Shown piece after piece: positions 1 through 11,860 of a stretch of DNA of 64,000 nt. The notes under the pieces are model-generated. The model was not told the origin of the DNA. It searched no databases and saw nothing but the letters and a program-made list of their open reading frames with translations. How positions within the stretch are numbered: the first letter of the stretch is position 1; each line of letters opens with the position of its first letter. Source of the stretch: an uncultured Planctomycetaceae bacterium (lineage in GTDB: Bacteria; Planctomycetota; Planctomycetia; Isosphaerales; Isosphaeraceae); contig CAWIAD010000001.1 of assembly GCA_963833985.1 (NCBI GenBank), positions 1,280,001 to 1,344,000 on the forward strand, read 5' to 3'. The translations under genes and the position numbers were made by a program.

Positions 1-5
1 AACCT

Positions 6-2045
6 GTGCCCATCGAAACGGCCGCGCCGGGCGTTCGGCGCTGGCCTGGCTCGCCCCGGATCTGGCTCGGCGCCGGGGCGGCCGTGCTGACGGTCGCCGT
101 CACCATCCCCGCGGCCTGGATGCTCATGCCGGACATCACCCAGGTGCAGGAGGGAGTGAACGAGCAGCCCTTGAACCCGCCCGTTGCCAGAGCGGCGCCA
201 CCGCCGGCCCGTCCCGCTCCGGTTCCCAGGAAGGCCGCACCGTCGGTGCAGGTCGCTGCGAACAGGCCCGCTGCGGCCCCGGCTCCCGCACAGGCGCCGC
301 CTCAGGCCCCGGTGCCCCAGGCCGCGTCTCAGCCGCCATCCAGACCGTCTGCCGATTACATCCAGCTCGCGAGCTTGCTGTCGAATATCCATCGCGGGAA
401 AGGCGGAGCCGTCTTCGCCATCGACTCTGCCGGGTCCAATCTCACACGCCCCAGGCGGCCGGGTCCCCTTCTGGCCAATGGCGTTCCGATGACGAAGGAG
501 ATCATCGCCGCGATCCCGAAGCTCAAGGGTGCTCGAGACGTGGTCGTGATGCAAGCCGTGGCCCGGCTCGAAGCCGGTCAGCAGGAGACCGTCGACGCGT
601 GCTAGATGATCGACGAGGAGCTGGAGGAGGCGAGGCGAACCGCCGAGGCTTCCACAGTCTCGACGTCCTATGATCCCGGAGCTGTGCAAGGCGACACACC
701 CGAAGAGCATGCAGAGAGAAGAAGGCAACAGGAGTCTAACAATCGCAGTGCTTATGAAAGTGCCTGGAATCGGTACAGGCGGCTCCAGGAGACCGCCCCG
801 GCGCGAAAGCTCGGGGCGACGGCCCTGGCCCTCGAGACGGCCCGGCTCGATTGCTGGAAAACGATCGCTGGTCGACTGCCCGAAGTCTACAGCGGAAGCC
901 CGCAGAGCGTTGACCTGATTCAGTTCCGGATCATGGCTCCCGACGCGGCCCGCAAGAAACCAAGAGGGGAATTCGTCGTCGCCAACAGCAGCGGCCGGAC
1001 TCTCACGAACGTGACGCTTGTCCTCGACCTGCTTCATTTTTCGACCGCGCCAGACCCGTCAACGTTCCAGGCCTACTTGATTCCCGAGTGGCAAGCGGGT
1101 GAGGAGCTTCGCCTGCCCGTGTTTGTCTGGCGAAACTACGAGTCCGGTGAAGCCGGCAAGTCGCGGCCGATCAACGCCGATCCCCTACACACAAGGGAAA
1201 AAGGAGACTTGCTCACGGCGGAGTCCGAGTGGCGGGCTGGTCTGGGCGGGCTGGTCGCGGTGCGGGCGTCGGTCTGGTCGGCAGAGGCCCATCATCCCGC
1301 GCGTGACTTCCCCTTCCCCGATCAGGCACTCGCGGGGGCCCGCTGGGAGCTTGGCGTCGCCCTCCGGCTGGCCAGCAACCAGCTCTCGCTCGAGGTGCGC
1401 AAAGGGGTCCGGAAATCCGAGTTGAAGCTGCCAGATGACTTCTGGGAAGTCCGCACCGCGAAGCGTGTGCTGACGTTTGTCGCCCCGGACTCCGAGCTCG
1501 CCCGCCTCGCTCACCTCCTGATCGACGACCCTGTCCAGCTCTTGCAAGAACGAAACCCAGAAATCGAGACGGTCGCTTCCCGGCTGGCAACGGGCACCGT
1601 GTTTCAGGGCAAATGGACGTTCCGCATGCCGTATGGTCCGCCCATGCGCTACGGCCAGCTTACCCAGGACCGTCTGGGAAAGCTCGCGGTACTGACACAC
1701 AAATCCTTCCCGTGCACGCTTGAGATCAACGCATTCAACCCCAGATCGCTCGGGGTCACGGCGACCTTGCAGGCCGTGAATCAGCCAGGCGTGAAGCGTG
1801 TGTTCCGTGGCCAGATGATGCAAGAGCGAGGCACGGGCCGCGTATTCCTGTACTTCCCGGGACCGCAGGCGGCAGGGTTGAACCGCCGGATCCTGCTGGA
1901 CACGGATTTCGACCTGTTCACGGCGCCCGAGAGCCTGAAGCTGGAACTGACCGACAAGAAAATCGTTGGCAAGATGCCCGGACCGCTCAGCCCCGATGCT
2001 TTCTGGTTCGACCTCGAATGCACTCTCGGTGGGAAAAGCCCCTGA
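6..2045 (+). CDS. Hypothetical membrane-anchored protein (TM segment, Pro/Ala-rich linker); split by an in-frame TAG at 603-605; probably 5'-partial
   Basis: ORFs 6..605 and 606..2045 are in the same frame, separated only by TAG then ATG; hydrophobic stretch IWLGAGAAVLTVAVTIPAAWMLM. Confidence 0.5.
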
Positions 2046-2292
2046 TCGCGCGCAAACATCCGGCAGGTTCAAGAGCGGGTGACCGCACCGCGCCGCTGGA
2101 GACGGCAACCGGAGGTCCGGGCGGTGTTTACCTCCGCCGCGGTCAATGCCGGTCGACGGGCTTTGGCCGGAGCGACGGAGCGAGGAACTCTTTCGAGAAT
2201 GCTCGCAGCCGCATCTCAGCGAGTTTATGATCGAGGGAGGAATGCGACTCGAATGGACGGTTCGCTCTCTCCGAAACCGGCGGGTCTTTGCG

Positions 2293-2592
2293 ATGAAACC
2301 TCCCCGTGTGCGGATTGGCTTGCGATCCTCGATGATCGCGGTGGCTGTCCTCGCCCTCCTGATGGCGTGGTGCTACAACTGGTCGGAACGGAGGTATCGA
2401 TGCGGCGAGATTGCCTCCCGTCATGCGGCCGTGGGCATGGAATACAGGTTGAATGCTCGGGGCAATCTGGACATGCTGAGGATCGCGGCCTGGCACGACC
2501 ACATGCGGCAAGTGTTCCAGAACGCCGCCGAGCGGCCGTGGGAGCAGATTCCCACGAGTCGCCCCGTTCCACCGGCAAACTGGCAGCCATGA
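2293..2592 (+). CDS. Small membrane-anchored hypothetical protein
   Basis: MKPPRVRIGLRSSMIAVAVLALLMAW N-terminus, a type common in Planctomycete hypotheticals. Confidence 0.55.
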   Translation: MKPPRVRIGLRSSMIAVAVLALLMAWCYNWSERRYRCGEIASRHAAVGMEYRLNARGNLDMLRIAAWHDHMRQVFQNAAERPWEQIPTSRPVPPANWQP

Positions 2593-3062
2593 ATCGGCTG
2601 GCGCACCAAGCGATCGCAGGCTGGCTTCAGTCTGCGTCGAAGATCTCTGTGACTAAACAGCTTCCCAAAGAGGGAAAGTGTGGAACGGCCGCCCTCGGCC
2701 GTCCTGAGCCAGCCGAGGGCGGCTGGCCCACATTCCAAGAGGCGAGGAGCTATTTAGGAGCCAATGGCCCTGGCGCGGCAGCAGATCTTCGAGGATCTCT
2801 CTCCATTCCTGGTTCGGTGGAAGTGCGGGCGACCGTTGCGGCAGACTCGCCATGAGCGTTTCCTCGGGGGATGATTTTCCTGGCCCCACTGTAACGCGAA
2901 GTGACGCATCAGGCTACGCAAACGGGTTCGCTGAACTTTGTGGCGGTCACGTTGAGAGCTCCGGCGAGCGATGACGCGATACGGGCTCAGCCGACAGGCC
3001 CTTGATCGGGCGCGAAGTCGCCTCTACCCTGGCACATGGCGGCAACCCGCCGGGAGGGGAGA

Positions 3063-4361
3063 ATGAGCTCGAAGACCAGAATGAGCCGACGCCAGGCCCT
3101 GAGAGTGGGCGCGACCGGCGCCGTGATCGCGGCAGGTGGGACCGTCATCGCCCCGGGGATCGCCCGGGCGGCGCGACCGGGCGCGAACGACCGCATTCGC
3201 CTGGCCCTGATCGGCTGCGGAGGCATGGGCACGCGGCACCTCGAGGCGCTCGCGGTGAACCCGCACTGCGAGGTCGCGGCCGTCTGTGATTGCTTCCGAC
3301 CGCGCTATGAAAATGGCATCGCCGTGGTCAAGAAGTTCTCCGGGAAGGCGCCCGACGGCTACCAGGACTTCCGCCGCGTGCTCGACCGGGGCGATATCGA
3401 CGCCATCTTCGCGCCGACGCCCGACCACTGGCACCCGCTCATGGCGATCCTTGGCTGCCAGGCCGGGAAGGACGTCTATGTGGAGAAGCCGGCCTCGCCA
3501 ACGGTCGCCGAGGGCCGGGCCATGGTCAACGCGGCCCGGCGCTATGGCCGGATCGTGCAGCTTGGCACCCAGCAAAGGTCGATGACCATCTTCCAGGAGG
3601 CCATCAAGCTTGTCCATTCCGGCAGGCTGGGCCGGATCACCTCGGCGACCTGCTGGATCGGCGTCAACGGCCAGCGCGTGGGCTTCGGTTCGGCTCCCGT
3701 TCCCGATGGGCTCGACTGGGACCTGTGGCTCGGCCCCGCGCCCTGGGAACCGTACTCGCCCGATCGCCAGTTCGGCTTCATGGGCTGCCATGACTATGCC
3801 CGCGGCGGTGAGCTCACCAACTGGGGCGTGCACCTGATGGACATCGTCCACTGGGGCATCGGCCAGGACCGGCCGCTCAGCGTGCAGGCTACCGGCGGCA
3901 GCTACCGCGGCAAGGCCGGCTCGGAGAACTACGAGAATGTCGATGTGCTCTGGGAGTACCCCGGCTGCACCGTCACGTGGGAGCAACGGCACCAGAACCA
4001 GTACATGGGCCACACCTACGGCATCAAGTTCCAGGGGACCGAGGGCCAGCTCCTCGTCGATCGCAACACGTTCGAGGTCTTGCCGGAAGGCCTGGGCATT
4101 CCCCGCTACGTCGGCGAGCCGGAACGAAGCTGGGCGCATCCGCCGCACCACAATAACTTCTTCGAGAGTATGAGAACGCGAAGACCTCCCGCGGCCGAGA
4201 TCGAGCAGGGGCATCGCTCGACCACGCCGCTGTTGCTGGCAGGCATCGCGCTGAAGACCCGTCGCAAGCTTGTCTGGGACGGCGACTCCGAAACCTTCGC
4301 CGGCGACGAGGCCGCGAACCGCTACCTGTCACGCGCGTATCGCTACCCCTGGCAGCTCTGA
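3063..4361 (+). CDS. Gfo/Idh/MocA family oxidoreductase with Tat signal
   Basis: SRRQAL Tat-like motif; IGCGGMG Rossmann loop; TPDHWH; GKDVYVEKP; WGVHLMD; GGAGG-like RBS before ATG 3063. Confidence 0.92.
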   Translation: MSSKTRMSRRQALRVGATGAVIAAGGTVIAPGIARAARPGANDRIRLALIGCGGMGTRHLEALAVNPHCEVAAVCDCFRPRYENGIAVVKKFSGKAPDGYQDFRRVLDRGDIDAIFAPTPDHWHPLMAILGCQAGKDVYVEKPASPTVAEGRAMVNAARRYGRIVQLGTQQRSMTIFQEAIKLVHSGRLGRITSATCWIGVNGQRVGFGSAPVPDGLDWDLWLGPAPWEPYSPDRQFGFMGCHDYARGGELTNWGVHLMDIVHWGIGQDRPLSVQATGGSYRGKAGSENYENVDVLWEYPGCTVTWEQRHQNQYMGHTYGIKFQGTEGQLLVDRNTFEVLPEGLGIPRYVGEPERSWAHPPHHNNFFESMRTRRPPAAEIEQGHRSTTPLLLAGIALKTRRKLVWDGDSETFAGDEAANRYLSRAYRYPWQL

Positions 4362-4380
4362 TCGGGAAGGAGAACGACGC

Positions 4381-6191
4381 ATGCGACCCCGCTTCCGAAT
4401 CTGGCTCTTTCCCGTGCTGATCTGGCTCCCCATGCCTGCGCTGGCCCAGGCCACTCGCCTCGATGACCTGGTCTCGGGTCTGAGCGGCGAGAATGAGCAT
4501 GCCCGAGCGCTGGCCCGGCAGCTTTTGCCGCGTGAGGGAGTTCCGGCCGTTCCCAGGCTCTTGCCACTCCTGCGCGCGGACACTCCGGCGGTGCGCGAGG
4601 CGGCCTTTCAGGTGCTGGCCGACATTGCCAACGAAGCCGCGGCGCCGGGCGCGGCGACGACAGGGTGAAGGCCACGGCTTACCTGATGATCCTTCTGGAC
4701 CAGGCCCAGCCCGCCGAGATCAAGCTCCGCGGCCTCCGCCTGCTGCCGATCGTGGTTCCACCCGAGGGCGACGTCGGCCCGATCGCGGCGCTCCTGGACG
4801 ACAAGGACCTGCGCGAACGGGCCCGCGCCGCGCTCGAGGAGATCGGCACCGCCGCAAGTCGCCGCGCCCTGCGCGATCGCCTGGCCAGGGCGGACGCCGA
4901 GCCGGACTTCACCGCCGCGCTGCTGAACTCCCTGGGCCGGCTGCGCGATCAGGACAGCGTCGCGACGATCGTCGCTCTGACGACGCACGCGAACCCGCGC
5001 GTCCGGGTCTGCGCCAGCCGTGCGCTGGCCTGGACCGGCGACCCGGCGGTGCTCGGTGCGGTGCGGTCCGTCGCCGCCAACGCCGGCGCGGACACGCGCG
5101 TCGAGGCGCAGGACGGGCTGCTGCGGCTGCTCAATGCCATGGAGCGCCAGCCCGAGCATCGCCTCGCGGCGCTCTCGGGATATCGTGAGCTGGTCACCTC
5201 CGCCGAGGGAGCCGTGCAGGACGGGGCCCTCGCCGGGCTGGGGCGCGTCGGCGATGCCTCCTGCGTTCCGCTCGTCCTGGCGACCGTGCGCGACGCCGAA
5301 CCACCCACGCTCCAGGTCGGCATGAACGCCCTGCGGTCGCTCGAAGGTAAGGAGGTCACGACCGCGCTGGTCGCGGCTTTCCCCAACCTGCCTCCCGCGG
5401 CGCAGCAGGCCATGATTCCGGTTCTGGGGGCACGCCGCGAGTCCACGGTATTACCGGTCCTGGAACAACTCTTGCGGTCCGGGCAGCCGTCCCAGCGCGA
5501 CGCCGCGCTCGAGGCGATCGGCGACTCCGACCTCCCCGGCGCCACGGAACTGCTCGTGGCCGAGGAGAAACGAGGAGATTCCACGTCTCACGCCAGGATC
5601 CAGAAGATTCTCGCCCGCCAGGCCGAGCGCCTCATCGAGAGTCGCCGGCGTGCCGCGAGCGGCGGCCTGCGTGACAGCGACCTCATGGCGCTGCTCGGCA
5701 TCATCGGCCGCTGGTGGGTCGTCGGCCCGTTCGACCTGGGCGAGAACCACCAGGGATGGGATACCGCATACGTGGGCGAGCCGAACGTCAGCGTGGTGGC
5801 GCGCTACATGGCCGGCAAGACGCGCAGGCAGTGGAAACCAGTGGAATCCCAGGACTCGCAAGGCAAGATCGACCTCCGGGCCGCGATCGCCAACCGCGAC
5901 CAGTGTATCGGCTATGCCTACGCCGAGATCGAGCTTCCGCAACCGGTGGATGCCATGCTGCTGCTCGGAGTGGACGACAGCGAAAAGGTCTGGGTCAACG
6001 GCGAGAAGGTCTTCGAGCAGTTCGTCGCCCGGCCCTTGCAGGTGGACCAGGACCATGTGCCGATCCATCTCAAGGCTGGCACGAATGCGATTCTGCTCAA
6101 GGTTTACCAGAACTCCGAAGGCTGGGAGTTCTGCGCCCGGATCGTCACGCCCAAGGGCCAGCCGGTCCCGTTCATGCAGAAGCGGGAGTAG
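4381..6191 (+). CDS. Secreted HEAT-repeat protein with C-terminal PA14-like beta domain; frameshift near 4660
   Basis: Signal peptide; repeated helical units (RERARAALEEIG, GALAGLGRVG); C-terminal GVDDSEKVWVNG...LKAGTNAILLKV; ORFs ending 4668 and starting 4665 read as one protein. Confidence 0.75.
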
Positions 6192-6219
6192 GTTCTCGAT
6201 CGTTGCGGCAAGGCAGCGT

Positions 6220-7432
6220 TCAGCGTGTGCGGGACGCGTCATGAAGCGCCGCGTGCGAGTTGGCCGTCCGCCAGAGGGCGGGCTGGTGATCCGGCAGCGG
6301 GGTGCGCAGGCCGATGCGCGTCATCCGCGCGAATGATTGATCGAAACCCCCGCGCCAGCCAGGGCGATCGTAGTCGGTGGGATAGAAAAGGAACAGGGTG
6401 GCGAGCACGGCCGAGGCCGCGGCCAGGCGTGGAGCAGCCCCTTCGAAAAGCGGCGCGATCCAGAAGAGCCGCTCGCATCCAGGGCAGGGCGGGCTCCGCC
6501 AATTCCCAGCACGCTCAGGGCCAGCAGCGCCGGTACGTAATGAAACGCGTAGCCCGGAACACCGAAGTGCACAAGCAGGTGCGAGGCCAGCGGGGGAAGC
6601 ATGCTCACGAGGAGCAAGGCGAGCAGGGACGACCCACCCATCCGCTGGCGGAGCCGGAGCATGCCCCGCGGTACAAAGAAGAGGCATGGGCCGAGCGTCC
6701 AGAGCAAGGCCATGCCCAGCTTGACGGAGTAGCGAAAGGGGGCGTCCACCAGGCCAAGGTTCCAGACCGAGTTCAGGTACCCCGCGTGGTAGGCGAATTC
6801 CGAGGTTGCGGCGCGATAGCGCGCCCAGCCGCCCGCCTCGTACAGCATGGGCAGCAGCCACGCCAGGTTGATGGTGGTGAAAACAAGGCCCGCGAGCAGG
6901 GCCCTGCGCCAGCGGTGCTTCCAGAGAATGGTCAGGAAGACGGGCAGCCAGAGCGTGCCGATGTCTTGCCGGTACCCGGTACCCAGCCCGAGCACGACGG
7001 CGGCCGCGATCGGATGCCAGGGCTTCGGCTCATTCCAGGTGCGCCACGCCACCCCGAGCAAGAAAGCACCCGCGGCGAGGATGACGGTGTAGTTGCCGGC
7101 GATGGCACCGTACCCCCAGAAGATCGGCGCAAGGGCCACCACCAGCGTGCCCCAGGCGGCCGCGGAGGGCGCAACCAGCGCCCGCAGCCACCACCAGAGG
7201 GACACGAGCGCCAGAGCGCTCGTCGCCATGTCGAGGGCCACGAAGCCGAAGTAGGGGTCGGCGGTGAGCAACCCCGTCAGCCGGCCGGCCGTGAGGAAGA
7301 GGGTATGGTGCATAGGGAACCAGTGCTGGCGGACCTGCGCCAGGAACCCGAACTCGTCGCTCTCCAGGGGACGCCAGCGGGCCACCGGCAGGCGCGTCAT
7401 AACCACCAGGGCCAGGGCCAGCAAGCACATCG
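6220..7432 (-). CDS. Multi-pass membrane protein, GT-C/PMT-like (DUF2723-like); frameshift near 6470; start uncertain
   Basis: Many TM segments; ESDE acidic loop after first TM; LGTGYRQD; C-terminus continues in the frame of ORF 6220..6861 (AASAVLATLFLFYPTDY). Confidence 0.6.
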
Positions 7433-7792
7433 CGGCGACGGTTCGAGGAGCTGGTTCCACGGGCAAGTCGGCGTCCGCAGAAGGCAAGACTCGCCAGAGT
7501 TCCTGGTGGTGCTCATCGCAATGGGGCCTCCTTCCCCGTGGTGTGGTCACGCATCCGGCGAGCGGGAATCGTAATCCAAGCCTGGAATCCCCGCAAGACC
7601 CGATCGGCTCAGGCGCTTCCCCCGGGCCAGAGCCCAGGCATGGCGCTCGATACGCAAGCAGGCCTCGCTTCGCGACCATTCGAAGCGAATCCGCCGCTTC
7701 CAGTGCCGGCCCGCATGGCGCAAAAAGAAACCTGCGCCATTCCTCAGGAAAGGCGCAGGTGGATTTGCACGCCAGGTTTTGCTGCTGGCCGT

Positions 7793-7960
7793 CTAGACGG
7801 CAGGGCTGCCGCGGCCGAACACGAGCGAGACGACAAAGAGCACCAGGAACACGAAGAGCAGGATCTTGGCAATATACGCCAGATCACCCTGAAGGCCGAC
7901 GAAGCCCAGCACTCCGGCGATCAAGGCAAGAATGGCGAACGCGATGGCCCATCTCAGCAT
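7793..7960 (-). CDS. DUF1328 (UPF0391/YtjA-like) small membrane protein
   Basis: 55 aa [22 protein letters not shown]...[17 protein letters not shown], the family pattern. Confidence 0.9.
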   Translation of the reverse strand: MLRWAIAFAILALIAGVLGFVGLQGDLAYIAKILLFVFLVLFVVSLVFGRGSPAV

Positions 7961-8091
7961 GATGCGATTTCCCTTCGTGGTTAAGGAACACCCGGCGTAC
8001 GGCTGTCCCGGCGATGCTTCAACGAGAGACGAACGAGAGACGGATAGGACACGACAACAGAGAGGCGCGAGGGAGACGCACCGGGGAGCCG

Positions 8092-8391
8092 TCAACGGCC
8101 GGAGGGTGAGATGGTCTCCAGCGGGCCGCGGTTCCGCTCGAAATGCCTGCGCTCGTGGTGATACGCCAGTCCCAGGAACGCGGTGCCCAGGCCCACGATC
8201 AAACTGCTCAGCAAGACCACGATGATCAGCATCATCGGCGTGTCCAGCTGGACCCACTTCAGATACGTGATCTCGGCCGGATTGCTGGCTGCCAGGTTCT
8301 GGTAGCGCGTGCCCAGCCCCAGGGCCGAAAGACCCAGCCCGATCAGGGCGCCTGCGCTGATGATCGCCCCGGAGAGTGCTCGCATGGCCAT
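8092..8391 (-). CDS. Two-TM hypothetical protein
   Basis: 99 aa with two hydrophobic segments; GAAAGGG upstream of ATG. Confidence 0.7.
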   Translation of the reverse strand: MAMRALSGAIISAGALIGLGLSALGLGTRYQNLAASNPAEITYLKWVQLDTPMMLIIVVLLSSLIVGLGTAFLGLAYHHERRHFERNRGPLETISPSGR

Positions 8392-8460
8392 CCCTTTCGA
8401 TACGTTGAGACGAAACCCGTTCCGGATGGGAAACCGCTCCCGCCCACTGAGCAGTGCGAT

Positions 8461-8622
8461 TCACATGTTGCAGCCGCGCATGAGCCCGGCGAGCACCAGC
8501 AGCATGCCGGCCATGATCATGACGATTCCACTGCAACCGCAGCCCGGATACGCCCCGTAAGCACCCTGGGGCTGATACCAGCCGCGCCCGCCGCCGAACA
8601 TTCCGCCCGGTCCTATGCTCAT
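8461..8622 (-). CDS. 53-aa Gly/Tyr-rich single-TM small protein (not in ORF track)
   Basis: Translated by hand: [58 protein letters not shown] upstream. Confidence 0.65.
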   Translation of the reverse strand: MSIGPGGMFGGGRGWYQPQGAYGAYPGCGCSGIVMIMAGMLLVLAGLMRGCNM

Positions 8623-8703
8623 GTGAAGATCCCTGTTGGCTCGTAGAACAACCTGGCAGATCTGCGGCGTCCACCGCGCCGGTTCGAAAGGAGAGAACCA
8701 CCA

Positions 8704-8720
8704 GGCAAAAGCGGTGCCGA
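8704..8720 (-). promoter_or_regulatory. Candidate sigma-54 -24/-12 promoter
   Basis: Minus strand TCGGCACCGCTTTTGCC = GG-N10-GC, about 80 nt upstream of the 8622 start. Confidence 0.5.
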
Positions 8721-8767
8721 GCCGGGAAATCCGGGCGAGATTCTTCGGCCCTGGCGACCCGGGGTGT

Positions 8768-10332
8768 TCAGCTCACCTGGCGCTTCGACTTGTGCCGGGA
8801 GCGCAAGTTGGACCAGACCTGGCGGCCTTGAGTGCCGATCTGGCCGATGACCCGCCCGACCTTGGAGCGTTCCGAAAGCCGATGAAGCTGGCGGATGAGT
8901 GCGGCCCGCTCCGCCCGGTGCAGCAGCGCCGCGAGCGCGGGCAGGACGTGTTCGGCCACGCCGAACGGCGTCTCACCGGCAAGACCGGCCGCCGTGGATG
9001 TGGCGAAGGCGGGCGGCAGGGTGGAGCGTATCGAGTCGAAGAGTGCGCGGATGGCGGTCTCACGCGTGCCCTGGCCGGTCGTCCAGTCGTACGGCGGCGA
9101 CCAGACGGGGCCGAACTCGGGACGGTCCACGCCGGTGATCACCACCAGGGCCGGTGGAGATTCGCGGTTGGGGTGCTCGATGAAGTGCCGGTCCCAGGCC
9201 TGCGCCACGGCCACGTCGGCCGGTTGCAGACCCTTGCGGCCGTCGACCACCAGGATCAGAAGGTCACAGTCGACGGCCGCGGTGACGGCCGCCTGTGTGA
9301 CCGACCGGTCGCGCCGTGACGACTTGTCGGAGGATGGCGGATATCCCGGAACCTCGACCCAGCGCACCGAGCGCAGCCGCGCGGTCAGGTCCGGGTCCAG
9401 GCCCAACCCCTCGAACCGCGCCGCGATCAGCTTGGGATCGCCCGTGAACACCTGGTGCAGGGTCTCGATGAGCCGGGTCTTGCCAGCGCCGCGCGCGCCG
9501 ATGATGGCGGCCGTAAGCGGTTCCTGGTCCGGCGCCAGGGTGCTCGAATCCCAGGCCGTACGCCGGGTAAGCCGGCGATACCGCTCCGAGCCGATCGCCA
9601 GCCGGCCGCTCATGAGCTCGACCAGGTGCAGTCCCAGCCGGTTCACGTAGGCCTGGTAGAACCAGCGCAGCACGTTCTGCTGCATGTTCTTCCAGGCCGG
9701 CTTCATGAGCAGCTCACGAGTGCCCAGACGCGCCAGTCCGGAGAGCGGGTTCAAGATCGGCGAGATCATGGCATAAAGATCATTGCGCGCGAGATGTAGC
9801 CGCTTAGCTTGACGGCCTTGCGCCAGTGCGAGAGCGTGATCAGATCGCCTCCGGGAACCTGCCGCGACAGGCGGGACAGGTCTTCGGCGGCCAGCTCCAG
9901 TGCCGTCAAGAGCTCGATCAGGGGCACTTCATCGAGCGGATTGGCGGCGGCCGGATGATAGAACTCGGCCAGCCTGCGCAGCAGTCTGCGGCCGGTGCCG
10001 ATGTAGGTCTCGGGCTCGATCAGGGCTTCCATCTCCAGCGCATCGCCGGCATCCGATTCGTTCTCGACAATCTTCCATGCCTCACGGTCGCGCGGGGAGA
10101 AGGTGGTCGGGGAATCCCAGTCCAGAGGAGGCATGATCGCGTGCGCATCCCGCGTCCACCGCGCCGCCAGGATCGAGAACACGGTGCCGGCGATGATCCA
10201 GCCGAGCGCGGCGTGGAGCAGCCAGCCGTGGTTCCAGAGCCAGATCGTGCCGAACCCCACATAGGCCAGCACCGGGCCAATCAGCAGCAGGGCCAGGACC
10301 CAGAAGCGCCATTGCCTGAGGATGCCGATCAT
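8768..10332 (-). CDS. Membrane-anchored P-loop GTPase-domain protein; frameshift near 9785
   Basis: Two N-terminal TMs; GARGAGKT P-loop; EVPG and TGVD as degenerate G3/G4; adding one base joins YISRA-NDLYAMISP. Confidence 0.75.
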
Positions 10333-10469
10333 GGAGAGCTCGCCGCGGTGCATTTGAGACGTCCGGAAAGCGGGTGCCCGGGAGAGGCGGCCCCGGGGTA
10401 CGGACGCCAGGGCGGGAGCCGTACAGCCGGTCTGCGCTCCCGATGTTGCGATCGTCCGGCTCCGCTCCT

Positions 10470-10485
10470 TGCAAGCAATGTGCCC
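10470..10485 (-). promoter_or_regulatory. Candidate sigma-54 promoter
   Basis: Minus strand GGGCACATTGCTTGCA = GG-N10-GC ending in TTGCA, upstream of the GTPase gene. Confidence 0.5.
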
Positions 10486-10519
10486 TGGCCGCCCCCCTGG
10501 TAATAAGGGACGAGATGGG

Positions 10520-11860
10520 TCAGTCTTTTCGCCCCGTGTAGCTGACTCGCCAGACACTGCCTGAGCCGTCGTCGGTGACCAGCAGCGCCCCGTCGGCGGC
10601 GACGGCCACGCCGACCGGCCGGCCCCAGACGTTGCCTTCCCTGGTGACGAAACCGACGAGGAAATCCTCGTACTCGCCCGTGGCCTTGCCGTCCTTCATC
10701 GGTACGCGAATCACCTTGTAGCCGGTTCGCCGCGCGCGGTTCCACGAGCCGTGCTCGGCCGCGAAGGCGTCCAGCCGGTACTCGGCCGGGAACTGCGTGC
10801 CGTCATAGAAGGTCATATCGAGCGAGGCCGAGTGCGACTGGACCAGCACGTCGGGTACGATGACCCTGTCCTTGAGCTCCGGGTGCTTGCCCTCGTGCCG
10901 GGGGTCCTGGTGGCTGCCCAGGTAATACCAGGGCCACCCATAGAAACCGCCCTCCTCGACGTGCGTGATGTAATCCGGCACGAGGTGGTCGCCCAGGCCG
11001 TCGCGCTCGTTGGCCGACGTCCAGAGCTGTCCGGTCACAGGATGAATCGCCAGGCCGACGGGGTTGCGAATTCCCGAGGCGAAGACGCGCTCGTTCTTGC
11101 CGTCGGGATCGAACGCCAAAATCATGGCGCGGCGGTTCTCTGCGGCGTCGTCATCCACGTTCGACCGTGAACCGACCGCGACGTACAGAGTCTTGCCGTC
11201 GGCCGAGAATTGCAGGTCACGCGTCCAGTGCCCGCCCCCGCCCACCTGCTCGCGGCCGGTCGGGATGTTGCCCACGATCAGCTCCGGCTTGCCGCGTGCC
11301 CTGGTATCGCCGTTCTGGTAGGGCAGACGCACGACCGAGCCGGTATTGCCGACGTACACGAACCGCGGTTCGGGTCCCGGCGGATAGAAGGCGATGCCGA
11401 AGGGCCGCTCCAGTCCGCCAGTGAATACCTCGCTCAGCTCGGGATTGCCGTCGCCATCCGCATCGCGGAAAACGTGGAGCCGGCCGGCGCGGCTCTCGGC
11501 CACGAAGATATCGCCGTTCGGCGCCCGCACAATCACCCTCGGCTCGACCAGCTTGCTGGCGAACCGCGTCACCGTGAAGCCCTCCGGCGCCTTGGGCCAG
11601 GCTCCCTGCGGCTGACTGACCACGCGCGGAAAGTTGTTCGCCGAAGGCGTGTCATACGGGGCCGCCAGGTCCGCCAGCGTGATCTTGCGGCGCACGCCGG
11701 GCCCGTCGCTGGTCCAGTCGCCCAGCGCTTGCTTGCCCGTGAGCACCGCGCCGGAACCCCGCGCCTCATCTCCCCCCGCACGCGCTGGCCGGGGTTCGGC
11801 CCACAGGCTCGCAAGCCCGGCCACGCAAGCAACCATCATTGGATGAATTCTATTACTCAT
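10520..11860 (-). CDS. PQQ-dependent sugar/sorbosone dehydrogenase family protein
   Basis: Signal peptide; PFGIAF, GHWTR, GIRNPVG, NERDGLGD, HGSWNR, WGRPVGV beta-propeller motifs. Confidence 0.9.
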   Translation of the reverse strand: MSNRIHPMMVACVAGLASLWAEPRPARAGGDEARGSGAVLTGKQALGDWTSDGPGVRRKITLADLAAPYDTPSANNFPRVVSQPQGAWPKAPEGFTVTRFASKLVEPRVIVRAPNGDIFVAESRAGRLHVFRDADGDGNPELSEVFTGGLERPFGIAFYPPGPEPRFVYVGNTGSVVRLPYQNGDTRARGKPELIVGNIPTGREQVGGGGHWTRDLQFSADGKTLYVAVGSRSNVDDDAAENRRAMILAFDPDGKNERVFASGIRNPVGLAIHPVTGQLWTSANERDGLGDHLVPDYITHVEEGGFYGWPWYYLGSHQDPRHEGKHPELKDRVIVPDVLVQSHSASLDMTFYDGTQFPAEYRLDAFAAEHGSWNRARRTGYKVIRVPMKDGKATGEYEDFLVGFVTREGNVWGRPVGVAVAADGALLVTDDGSGSVWRVSYTGRKD

